NCBI RefSeq assembly: GCF_016432865.1
Contig: NC_067400.1
Span: forward strand, 555,086,001 to 555,150,000
Reading direction: 5' to 3'
Length of the DNA: 64,000 nt
DNA from: Antechinus flavipes
Taxonomy: Eukaryota
Translations under genes and position numbers: made by a program
The notes under the pieces: model-generated
Database searches by the model: none
What the model saw: the letters and a program-made list of their open reading frames with translations, nothing else
Told to the model about the DNA's origin: nothing
Shown: one piece after another, positions 36,951 to 48,680 of the stretch
Position numbering within the stretch: position 1 is the stretch's first letter
Layout of the letters: every line of letters begins with the position of its first letter

Positions 36951-37320
36951 CCTATTTGATGCAAGCATTAGAAAGAACGAGAAAGAAGTTGGTATTCAAT
37001 ATAAAAAGGCCAGATCCTCACTTTTCAGTAAGTTTTGTCATCATCACTGTTATTCATGTGGCAACTTCTTTCCCAAGAAACTTGAACCTCTTCGTTCACA
37101 GAAAATTTTAGAGAGAAGTATTTTCCACTTAAGAGATAGAGAAGAGATAATCACATAGGTCACGTCAGTACTCACTAGGGACCCCTAAACTATGAGACTT
37201 TATAATGATCATGTCTATTCCTAGAGGAATCTCTCCCCAGCATGAGAATTCATTAGGATCCCACATGACTTTTTAGGTCCCCACATGACATTTACATCTG
37301 AAGTGATCCCCAGGGACTCA
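36951..37320 (-). promoter_or_regulatory. Candidate OR51G1-A promoter and non-coding first exon
   Basis: Perfect O/E (EBF) site TCCCCAGGGA at 37307-37316, homeodomain TAATGA sites (about 37203 and about 37251), and a minus-strand donor AG/GTGAGG with GT at 36951-36950. These are largely retained in the paralog at 49621-49960. Confidence 0.5.
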
Positions 37321-38109
37321 GTAGAATAGGCTTTTAGGACCTATGAATTTGCTTTTCAATTCTCTTCCCATTAATGTCTGTAATATTCCTTTCTTAACTA
37401 TTAATCTCTACTCCTAGCTTTTGTTCTTTTAATTTATTTCATTAAATATTTCCCAATTACATTTTAATTTGCTCCTGGCTGCAGTAGTGGGCAGTGTGTT
37501 TTACATCTCTACTCTACATAATTCTCTAAAATTAGATAACATTCCTTTACCCACAAATTCTCTCTTTGAATGGAATAATAGATTCAGTTCCTATGGAATC
37601 CATTGTCACCTAACCAAAAGGAAAACTCAATTAACCTTTGTGGTTCTCAGTTTCCTTATCTGTAAAATGAAAGGGCAAGATTAGATTACTTTTAAAAGCA
37701 CTTTTTGGTTTTAAATCCAGATAATAAGAAATGAAAGTTCTAAATTTTACTCTACTTCTTACTTGCTAAGAGGCCTCAAGCATTATTTAACTCTGGATTT
37801 TCAGTTCAGTTCATTTATGAGTCTCAAAGGATGGATATAAGGATGTCCATGGTTCATGGTTTTTCATGTATCAATGTGATTCAGAAAGGATCTAATCAGA
37901 TATGGGACCCTGTATCACAGACAATAAGAAGGTTAAAAAAAAATATTCACACTGAAATATAAGAGTTGGTTATTGCAGACCTGTTAAGGCTGGATCCAGA
38001 ATACCACAGGAAAACAGAATGAACTATAAACAATGAATGAGAAGAGTCTTCTCATTTCTTTCTTCAGAGAACTTATGAAAAATTATCAATACCCTACTGT
38101 TTTCCATAA

Positions 38110-38305
38110 TAATTATACAAATATGAATGCATATATTGAAGTTATCATCTATTTCTACCATGTTTAACATATATTGGACTACTTGCCATCTAGGGAAGGG
38201 CATGGGGGAAGAGTGGGAACATTGGAACACAAGTTTTGCAAGAGCTAATGTTGAAGAATTATTCACACATATGTTTTGAAAAATAAAAAGCTTTAATAAA
38301 AAATA
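38110..38305 (+). mobile_element. L1 3' end, 5'-truncated (absent from unit B)
   Basis: ttgccatctagggaagggg...ttggaacacaagttttgcaag...aataaaaagctttaataaaaaa. Confidence 0.7.
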
Positions 38306-41300
38306 CACTGTTTTCACAAAAATTCATGTTTTTAGTTAATTTTGAAAATGGTCTTTACAGATCTTGTACCTAGCCCACAGTCAGAGGAAAAGATAAAATT
38401 AGCTAGGTGCCTGTCATCTGATTCCAAAACATGGATCATAAAGAGTCTGTGAAATATTTCCTAACTTTATTCCCATTTAGGTAATTATTTTTGAGAAACT
38501 GCACATCTTAAACTAGACTCAATGTATTTAAACCCAACTAGAAGAACCACACTTTTCAGAGTAGTAAAATGTCCAATAATGATTGATGCTACTTATCAAG
38601 GTTAAGGTTTCAGTCTGTCAGTGAAGGCTTGTTTCCTCAGAACATACTTTATTACACTATCATTCTGCTGAGGGTGAGGGAGTGATAAATATGAAGAATA
38701 GGAGGAAATGACATATTAGAAGTGCACAGCACTATTCCCTCTAAAAAGATATTTAAGAATTTTCCAAAAATAAATTATATATCCTTCCTTCTACCTTTCA
38801 AAATTAATGAAGAAAAGGGTTAGAACTTCAAACCTAAGTCCAGAAGTTAACTATCCCCATACTGTATTGCTCAACATGATGTTTTACTTTAGGTTTTGAT
38901 CCATAGGCCCTGTTTTTTAAGAGGACTTTTCTGCCCAGTTGTAGTTTGTAGTTTGTGGCTAGACATGACCCTGTTTTGTTTGTTTGTTTTCAGCTTATTA
39001 TAGTCAAAATAGCTAAATATATTTTTGTTTGTTTGCTGAACTATTAATAAATTATATAGTTGATACTATTAATATTTACCTAACACTATGAGAACAGTTT
39101 TAGATGCTGGAAGATGTTTAGGCTTGTAATATAATTTTTAATGACACAGTTCTTGATTTCAAGAAACTTAATTTGTATTATTTTGTATTGGCAATATCTG
39201 CTTTACACAGCTAAATAAGATAAGAGTGTTTTGGGGAGAAAAAAGAGATTCAGAAAATGTTATCCATTTTAAGAAATTTGGAGGAAAAATATATTTCCAG
39301 CTAAATCACTTCCAGCTAAAATGATATGGGAAAGATTAAGAAGTTATCTATTAACTGAAACAAATGAGTCTACTCAAACCTATGTCTTCTGTTTCAATTT
39401 TTCCCAATTTTTTTTTTTTTGGTGTAATCTTTCTGCCTCTTACCTTTCTACTCCAAAAAAAGTGAGATTTAATTATTATGAAAGCTGATTATTTCATTGG
39501 TGAGATAGGGAACAGGATGATATAAAGGGAAGAGCAAAACATTCTCAAATATTTGCTTGAGAAAGTACTTTTGAACAAGCTTTAGTTATATAAAGAGTTT
39601 TGTAGTCTAGGAAAAGAAGTTGTATAAACATATAAAAGGGGAAAAAAAAAACTAGTACAAGGTAATATTCATGTTAGGTTCTTCTGAAATAAACATCCCT
39701 TTCACATGGGAATATTTACCCAGATACCAGGGGGTAGCCTTAAGAATTCCATTTCTATTACTATTGTATGAATTTGAGATTTCTTTCCCTTCCTTCTATC
39801 CCATTTTATTTTCCCTTACCACTCTTCTAGTTGATGCCATTCACATTCAAGTGCCCATTTCTCAAAATACCTGAGAGTCTAACCTAGTCATGAGTGAGAG
39901 ACACTGAATGTCTAGAATTATTGTGATAGGGCCAACCATTTGCAAGGACAGATGAAAGAATTAAAGGGATGATAGAATTAAAACGTTTGATATATAGAAT
40001 TTTATATACTGTACCACATTTATATTTTTATATGAAATTGAAATCCTATCTTTAGCTAGGAGTGGTCTGTATATAGCTGTGTGGATTAGATTACTTGGGT
40101 GGTAATATGTATGTCAATAGATGATAGGTAGATTGCTAGGTTGATAGATGGACAGTTGATTGGATAAATTATTAGAATGGTAAATAAATAGATAGTGAAT
40201 ACATTTTTTTAAATGGTAAAATGTTATGGGAATTAAAAGGAACTACAAGAGTAGTTAGGAAAGAAACAATGACATTTACTTTGGGCCTAAAGGGATGGAG
40301 AAGTGAAGGGAAGTGAAGTCATTATTAAAATATTCATTTTGGAAAGGTACTATGGGAAACCTAAAGTTTTCAGGTGATCTTAAAATAATTAATGACAACT
40401 AACTTGACCAGAAAATAAGTGGAAGATAGCATTCTAAATGCTCTCTGACCATAGAAAATTAGAGTGGAATAAAAAGTGAAGTGTTAAAATGGGAGAGGAT
40501 GTTTTGCCATGATCTGTGGTGAATTAGAGAGAACAGGAGGTATGCTAGAGACATAAAGATTAGGAATATTATAATTTTTAAAAGAAATCAAAAGGAAGAA
40601 GTATATAGATGCTACAAGTATATACATGTAATTTAGAGAAATATCAGCACAGGTGGTGTTCATTACAACTTGATGGAGACTATAGATCTTGATCTCACAT
40701 TATTAAAGACTGTCAGCAGGAAAAGCAATGGAAGAGTCATACTATGAACTACCAGCAGCAGTCTGGTTTGCTAGATTCTATAGCTATTCAGCACTGAATG
40801 CTACTTCAGAAAAAAAGAAGTAGCTAGTTACAACTGGGTAAAGATCATGGTCATAAGCACTAAAGATTCCAGGAAAGAAAAGGAATGGTTTAAAAAAACC
40901 AAAAAATTAATAGAAGCGACCCTTCTAAGACAATCCAGCAGAAATCAACTAGAAGATATTAGTGTATTGGATAGTGTGGAGAGGGTCAAGCCCAGATCAG
41001 AGGCAGATTAACAGGGCTAGGAAGTAATTCATTGGCTCTTGAAATTGTGATCAGTGTAGAGCATGTATAGGGTTAATAAGTTGCCAAGGAGGGAGAGAAG
41101 ATAAATAAGATAAAGAGGAATGACTAGCCAAACAGGTAAGCCAGTTACGTGATGCAGTTGCTAAAGTGTTAGCCCTAGACTAAGGAAGACTTATTTCTCT
41201 GAGTTCAAATCTGGAATCACTGAACTCCATTTGCCTATCATCTGTAAAATGATCTGCAAAAGAAAAAAAAAATCAAACCACTATTGTATTTTTTTTCACT

Positions 41301-43148
41301 CTATTAATTTTGCCAAGAAAACCCCAAATAGGATCATGAGGAATAAGACATAACATGACTAAAAAGTGACTGAATAACAGCAATAAATAAAGCCAAAATG
41401 GTAGTTGCTGAGGCATTACCTAAGACATAAGGATGCTCAACAAAACACTATCATTCAAGGCTAGAGCCATGCTTTACACTAGCCATAAAAAGAAAGATCA
41501 GGATCAGAAAACTGCAGAATAAATGATCCCCTGAAGTGAATTAGTGAGATATCTTGGACCAAGTCTCTCAGTTGAGTGTAGTGTTCTTTTTCCTATACCA
41601 TAGTCCTTCATGCAAATGATTAAGAAGATTGCCTTAATTAATACTTACCCTCTATTCATCTAAGTAGGAAACAAAATTTGCCTTTGGCAGAATTTTATCT
41701 TGTCCCACTCCTTTTTCCATCCTGAGCTTAAGTCCTTATCCCTTTCTCAAACTGCACCTCAACATGGGACCCATATGTTCACTCTAAATTGTTCTTGACC
41801 CTGCCTTGAACAGTTAGAAAAGAAGGGACTCTAACCTCATTCCACCTACCTATGGAAACCTGAGAAAAACAGAAAGGCTCATAGAATATATGGAGTGTGT
41901 TGAATGAAAGAGATCAAGCAACCTTAAGCTTTTATAAAACCACTTTGCCACCACAGAGAGTAAAAATCATTCATCCCACTTATATTATTTTTTTTTCAAA
42001 TTAAAATTGTAGTCTTCTTTAGGGGAAACTGTAATGGTGATCTTAAGACCACATGACCCAATTTTATAATAATTATTAAACAGAAATACAATCAATATAA
42101 TAGAAAGCTCCTGTGTCTACTCATCAATCAATTAAGCAACTAACATTTACTAAGATTGACTTTGTATAGGCCACTGGACTAGGCCCTCGAGATAAAAATT
42201 AATTAATTAATTAAAATGCCTTAGCCCTAAAGGTGGTTACATACAAAGTCATCTAAGGGAATGACAGTGCATAGAAATATTAGAAATATTCAGCCAAATT
42301 CACAGAGTTTTTAAATACCTAGTCTGAGGAGTTTGAACTCTATTCATTAGCCAATGAAGATTCATTGAATCTTCATTGAATTCAGTGAGAGAATCCAAGC
42401 TAATATCCTATTTTTATGACATATCTAGAGGTAACTAGTGAATAGACTGCCAGGCTTAGAATCAAAAAGACTCATCTTTTGGAGTTTAAATCTGGCCTCA
42501 GATACTTAACTAACTGTGTGATCTACATCAAGTCATTGAATCTTGTTTGTCTCAGTTTCCTCATAGGTAAAATGAGCTGAAGAAGGAAGTAGCAAATTAC
42601 TATAGTATTTTTGCCAAGAAAATTCCAAATGGGATCATGAAGGGTTGGACATAACTGAAACAACTGAAAAGCAGCAATACAACTCATGTTTTTACATTTA
42701 TTTTAAACTTAAATAAAAAATGAGAAAATAAAATTGCCAATTACACAGCATAGGAGAGAATTCAATATAAAAATACAAAACAAAATAATACATTGTCATT
42801 TATCTGTTTTCAAAGCTGCCCAGATATTCTTTGCTTCCCTGTTGGTTTCCTTTTTTACTCTACTGACCACTTTTTACATTATTTGTTTTGCCTTCTTTCC
42901 TAGATTCCCTCCAAGAAGGCTACAATTAAGCATGAATGCACACACAAAATATACATACATATATACACGTACATGAATATCAATAAATAAACAGATGAAC
43001 ACTTAGTCATCACATATATGTAAGACCATATTATTATGTTTATTTCTACCTATCATCTCTCACCAAGCCTTTTTTTTAAATTATCCAAACATAAATGACT
43101 GTTTTAAAAGGTCTGATAATATTTTTACTTATAAGAAGCAAACAGTTT

Positions 43149-44460
43149 ACCTCCAAAAATATAGGCTTCCCAGATTAAGAGAGGAGGAAATAAATTACTT
43201 AAATAGTCCAATTTCAGAAAAAGAAATAGAACAAGCTATTAATCAACTCCCTAAAAAAAAAAAAAATCCCCAGGACCAGATGGATTTACATGTGAATTCT
43301 ACCAAACATTTAAAGAACAATTAGCCCCAATGCTATATAAACTGTTTGAAAAAATAGGGAATGAAGGAGTCCTACCAAATTCCTTTTATGACACAGACAT
43401 GATACTGATACCTAAACCAGGTAAGTTGAAAACAGAGAAAGAAAATTATAGACCAATCTCACTAATGAATATTGATGCTAAAATCTTAAATAAGATATCA
43501 GCAAAAAGACTACAGTAAATCATCCCCAGGATAATACACCATGATCAAGTAGGATTTATACCAGGAATGCAGGGTTGGTTAAATATTAGGAAAACTCTCA
43601 GTATAATTGGCTATATTAATAACCAAATTAACAAAAACCATATGATCATCTCAATAGATGCAGAAAAAGCATTTGATAAAATCCAACATCCATTCCTATT
43701 AAAAACACTTGAGAGTATAGGAATAAATGGACTTTTCCTTAAAATAATCAGTAGCATCTATTTAAAACCATCAGTAAGCATCATATGTAGTAGGGACAAA
43801 CTGCAACCATTCCCAATAAGATCAGGAGTGAAACAAGGTTGCCCACTATCACCATTACTATTCAATATTGTATTAGAAATGCTAGCTTTGGCAATAAGAG
43901 TTGAGAAAGAGATTAAAGGAATAAGAATAAGCAATGAGGATACCAAATTATCACTCTTGGCTGATGATATGATGGTATACTTAGAGAACTCCAGATATTC
44001 TACTAAAAAATTATTAGAAATAATCCACACCTTTAGCAAAATTGCAGGATACAAAATAAACCCACATAAGTCATCAGCATTCTTATATATCACTAACAAA
44101 ACCCAGCAGTTAAGAGTTACAAAGAGAAATTCCATTTAAAGTAACTACTGATAGTATAAAATATTTAGGAATCTATCTGCCAAGGGAAAATTAGAAACTT
44201 TATGAGGAAAACTACAAAACACTTTCCACACAAATTAAGTCTGATCTAACCAAATGAAAAAATATTAAATGCTCTTGGATAGGGTAAGCAAATATAATAA
44301 AGATGACAATATTACCTAAACTAATCTATATATTTAGTGCTATATCAATCAGACATCCAAAAAACTATTTTAATAATCTAGAAAAAATAACAACAAAGTT
44401 CATATGGAAAAACAGAAGGTCAAGAATTTCAAGGGAATTCATGAAAAAAAAAATCAAATG
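43149..44460 (+). mobile_element. L1 ORF2 (RT) internal fragment, 5'- and 3'-truncated, with 16-bp TSD
   Basis: RT peptides [50 protein letters not shown] and [10 protein letters not shown], with stops and frameshifts. TSD aagaagcaaac(a/t)gttt at 43133-43148 and 44461-44476. The empty site in unit A is at about 28520. Confidence 0.92.
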
Positions 44461-44538
44461 AAGAAGCAAACTGTTTGACCATGTCAGTCCCTTATATTTT
44501 GTCACTAATGTTTACCTTATATTGCTCCTGGATGTTAT

Positions 44539-44983
44539 TGTTATGTCACAGTTCTCTGTTATTGTCCTGTCTCAGTTTCCCTAATTGTTCTACTCAGTCC
44601 TGCAAAACCAGTCCTCCCTCTTAATTAGAATATTTAATAAGGATAAAAGATCTTATATTTTAGAATATCAGAATGCCTCTCCCCATTCCAAGCTATTAGA
44701 ATATCAGACACCCATCTCTGGTGGCTCACCCCACCTGTCAGAGTCCTGTTCCTGCTCTCAGAACCCTGACTCCATCCCTGCCTCAATCTACCCTCTGTGT
44801 CTCAGCCACATGTATATATGTCATTGAGAACTCAGATTGTTTGCTGGATTCTTGGAGACGATAGTCTCATTCAGCCCTGGGACCAAACCATGGATCCATT
44901 TGGTCCCAATAAATCTCTCCCTTTCAAATAAATTATTAATTACTCTCTAATCTCTATCTTGTCTCAGTTTCTCCAGCATTATG
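44539..44983 (+). mobile_element. Solo ERV LTR (445 bp)
   Basis: Absent from unit A (about 28595). Starts tgttatg and ends cagcattatg (CA to TG decay), with 5-bp TSD gttat/tttat and aataaa near the 3' end. Confidence 0.75.
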
Positions 44984-45458
44984 TTTATATGCCAATTTCC
45001 CCCTTAAGTTTTGGGCTTTTTGTCACAAAAACATTAAGACTGTTTCAGTTCATTAAATATTCATTTATTCCCAGGACTATATTTAATTTTGCTAGGTAAA
45101 TTACCCAGCTCTTTTGCTCTATGGAATATAGTATTTCATGTTCTACAATCTTTCAACATAATAACTTCTAGGTATTCTGTAATTCTTATTGTAACTACAC
45201 TCTTTCTTCCTGATTCCAACATGTTTTCCTTAACCTGAGATCTCTGAAACTTTGCTGTGATGTTCCTTTAAGTACTGAGATGGTGATCAGTGCATTTTTT
45301 TTTTTTATTTCTGCTTTGTCTTGTCATTCTAGAACTTCGGGGTGATTTCCTTGATAATTTCTTTTAGCAGTGCATCAATTTTTATTGTATTTTTTCATGT
45401 AGTCTTGACTATTCTTATTAGGTTTTTTTTTTTTATTATTTGTTTCTTGATTAGTTGT

Positions 45459-46412
45459 TTATCTGCTCAGTCTCTTCATAAAAATAAACTTTTTGATAAT
45501 TCTCTGCCTGATCTGTTTGGTCTTAACACTGTAAACAATAGGGTTCATCAGAGGTGGGACCAAAAGGTAAACATAGGACATGAGCAAGTGGACGATGTGG
45601 GGCACATGCTCACCAAAGCGGTACACAAGGGATAAACCAATCATAGGGATATAGAAAAGAAGTACTGCACAGATATGGGAGACACAGGTATTGAGGGCTC
45701 GGAGGCGCTCCTCGCGGGAAGCAATGCTCAGCACTGTGCGAAGAATTAGAGCATAGGAGAAAAAGATGAGCAAGGAGTCCACACCCACTGTACAAGCAAC
45801 CACAAAGAGGCCATAGATATGATTGACTATGATGTTAGAGCAGGCCAGTTTCATGATCTCCCCATGTTGGCAATAGGCATGGGTCAGTACATGAGAACGG
45901 CAGTAATGAAAGCGTTTCAGAAGAAAGGGTAGAGGAAGGATCAGCAGCGCACTGCGCAATACAGAACATAGCCCCATCTTCACTATCCGGCCAGGTGTCA
46001 GGAGGGTTCCATATCGCAGTGGGTTACAGATAGCCACATAGCGATCTATGGACATGGAGAGCAGCACTGAGGATTCCACCAGGGACAGGGTATGGATGAA
46101 GAAGAGCTGAGTGAAGCAGGCAGGGATGCCGATCTCTCGAAAATCAAACCAGAAAATGCCCAGCACAGTGGGTAATGTGGAAAAGCACAAACCTAGGTCA
46201 GTGAGGGCTAGCATAGCCAGAAAGTAATACATAGGCTCATGGAGTGTTGCATCTGTGCGGATGACATGAAGGATGGTGATGTTTCCCACAATTACTGTCA
46301 AGTAGATAGTGCAGAAGGGAATGGAGATCAAACCATGCAGACTTTCTAGTCCTCGGAATCCAGTCAGGAAGAAGGAGGTTGATTGGAGACTGCTGTTTTC
46401 TGAAGTCAACAT
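45459..46412 (-). CDS. OR51G1: Class I olfactory receptor, OR51G1 paralog, copy B (317 aa, open frame)
   Basis: Differs from copy A by 9 substitutions (A12T, A177T, L182Q, L184G, S193N, L218F, H264Y, L270V, R272H) plus an altered C-terminal tail. Confidence 0.9.
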   Translation of the reverse strand: MLTSENSSLQSTSFFLTGFRGLESLHGLISIPFCTIYLTVIVGNITILHVIRTDATLHEPMYYFLAMLALTDLGLCFSTLPTVLGIFWFDFREIGIPACFTQLFFIHTLSLVESSVLLSMSIDRYVAICNPLRYGTLLTPGRIVKMGLCSVLRSALLILPLPFLLKRFHYCRSHVLTHAYCQHGEIMKLACSNIIVNHIYGLFVVACTVGVDSLLIFFSYALILRTVLSIASREERLRALNTCVSHICAVLLFYIPMIGLSLVYRFGEHVPHIVHLLMSYVYLLVPPLMNPIVYSVKTKQIRQRIIKKFIFMKRLSR

Positions 46413-46690
46413 TGTGCTGAAGACTTGACCTAATAACTTTGAAAAGCGGAATTTGGCTAATCAAGAAAGGGAAGCACTATATTGTCTAACTTGAAATGTG
46501 TAGGTTAGCTGCTTGCCCATTTGAAAAATGTACTAATGATCCAGCTGACTTTTAAACTTCTTTAACAAAAAGGAGAATAAGAACTTCAGTCTCCTGATGT
46601 TTTGTCCAGTGGCCCAGCCACCCACCATTGCCCACCTACCCAGCCTGTCCCATTGGTACTGAGCTTATGGATTTGTCTCAGAATATTGAC

Positions 46691-46883
46691 TAAAGCATGA
46701 TAAAGGTGGAAATATGTTTAGCAGAATTGCACATATTTAATCTATATTGAATTACTTGCTGTTTAGGGGAAGGAGATGGGGGAAGGGAGGGAGAAAAAAT
46801 TGGAACACAAGCTTTTGTAAGGATAAACGTTGAAATCTTTCCATTTATTTTGAAAATAAAAAGCTTTTATTAAAAAAAAAAAA
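46691..46883 (+). mobile_element. L1 3' end with about 11-bp TSD
   Basis: TSD ag(a/c)atattgac at 46680-46690 and 46884-46894, with G-rich 3'UTR, aataaa and poly(A). Absent from unit A. Confidence 0.75.
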
Positions 46884-46968
46884 AGCATATTGACCAATGC
46901 CAAATCCTATTTCCTTTTAGAAATTCTCCCTGAAGACTAAGTCTATGTAGATCTCTAAACTTTCCTAC

Positions 46969-47520
46969 TGATGCTATTCTAGTGGCAGTGCAGGGAGTGG
47001 TGGGATCCCTTTTTTGTTGGCTCAGGATCAACATGAAAGAATTCACAAACCCAAAATATTAATGGCAAAAAGGAAGTTTATTGGCACTGAGAAGAGGGTC
47101 TCTTCACAGCAGACAGGAATCCTGGCAGAATACTATGCCAAGGATCAAAGCATACTACTTAGGACTGCTACAGATATGTGAGTTCAGAATCATCCTTTTA
47201 TAGAAGTCTGAGGCTTAAGTTTCAAGTTGAAAAGAAAACCAAAGTCCCCAGGCTTAGATACTTATCAATATCAGGCCCAGATCTCCCAACTGGATGAAAA
47301 TCACTTTAAGACTTAAGAGAATTTGGAATTTTTAATGGGGGGGGGGGAGGGGGAGGAGAAGAGCGCATGATTTGCCTCAGACAAGCCCAATTGAGTGATG
47401 CCACTTAATTTGTCTGGGGAGATATGCTTTCCCAGGAGGGTCTGAGGAGGGCCTGAGACTTAAATCTCCCTTCAAAGGGTACACAATCTAGAGGACAGTT
47501 TTCAGAGTTCACTCCAGTCA
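46969..47520 (-). mobile_element. Solo ERV LTR (552 bp), minus orientation
   Basis: tga...tca termini, flanks ctac/ttac, and tttatt (AATAAA on the minus strand) near 47078. Absent from the unit A site at about 32025. Confidence 0.7.
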
Positions 47521-47647
47521 TTACTATACATGGTAGTCTATACCAAACATTTTATTTTTGATTCCTGTGCTGTCCTTTGAATGTTTTTCTTTGAATAATT
47601 TCATACATATATGTAATATCCATGTTTGTGTTTGCCTGTTTATAGGA

Positions 47648-47687
<40 letters not shown>

Positions 47688-48392
47688 CTTATATTTCCAG
47701 GACAAAAGACAAGAAAGTATGGATTGGAAATAGGAGTATTCTTTCCTTTGGAAGATTTAGATCTTAGTCATAATTTGAATTACTGGGTGAGCTTGAAAAA
47801 GTCTCTTGATTCTTAGTTTTTTTCCTTTAAAATAAGGGGAATGGATTTAATACTTACAAAGATTCCGCCCAATTTCAGTTTGTCATGATTCGGTATGTAA
47901 AATCCTGGATAGTATATCTAAAGTGTCCTCTCCTCCAAGTTACCACTTCAAGACCCACAGGATCTAAAATATGATTTAGTACATAAAAATTGTTCATTTT
48001 TAGTAAAGGCCTCTTGACTTTTTTGACTAAATCTGCACAAGGAAGTAGAATTACTATGGTGGCTATACCAACCCTCCATTCCTCCAAAATAAATTAATAC
48101 AATTGAATAATCTCAGGAAAAAAAAAAAAAACAAACCTGGCCAATCTAGTGGATGACTAGGGAATGATAGGGAAGTTTAGCGTTATAATTATTTATGTTA
48201 TCCTCTGCAAATTCTCTGCAGTTGAGTCTACAAAGAGTAATTATATACTTTTCTCCTTAGGGTTCTATCACTGAGTAACCCTGTAGATTTGGGGTTGGCT
48301 AAAAGTATCATGTATATGCCCCTGTCCAATGATGTTTCCCTAATATCTATCAACTAGCTCATTTTTTAGAAAAGATATTTAATTTTAAGAAC

Positions 48393-48427
<35 letters not shown>

Positions 48428-48599
48428 AAATAGCTTCCAAAATCAGGGGAACATTCTCTCTTCTGTATACACTAGATCTCTGACATATGTAGACTCAAAC
48501 TTAGTGCTGGTGAGTTACTCTTCCTCTTCCTTTTCTCTCCCCTTGCCTCACAACTTCTGGGGTAGCTATCTCTTGACAGAGTTTCTATCCTTTTAGTGG

Positions 48600-48680
48600 T
48601 TTCTTTTTTTCCCCTTTTCTCGCTGAGACAATTGGAGTTAAGTGACTTGCCCAGGGTCACATAGCTAGGAAGTGTTAAGT
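48600..48680 (-). mobile_element. WSINE1-like SINE fragment
   Basis: gagacaattggagttaagtgacttgcccagggtcacatagctaggaagtgttaag. Confidence 0.75.

Larger units (their letters stand above)
24535..40615. repeat. Tandem segmental duplication, OR51G1 unit A (paralog of about 40635-52885)
   Basis: Collinear similarity from gtattgttcattacaact (about 24552 vs 40660) to aagaaatcaaaaggaagaag (about 40585 vs 52866). Non-coding identity is roughly 75-80% by eye. Confidence 0.9.

Noticed and set aside
43330-44139. Reverse-transcriptase ORFs as a host gene
   Set aside because: Disrupted L1 ORF2 fragment with stops and frameshifts.
48200-48350. Possible small inversion relative to unit A 32780-32910
   Set aside because: Only short, weak reverse-complement matches (tagccaac) are visible. 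It cannot be supported without alignment.
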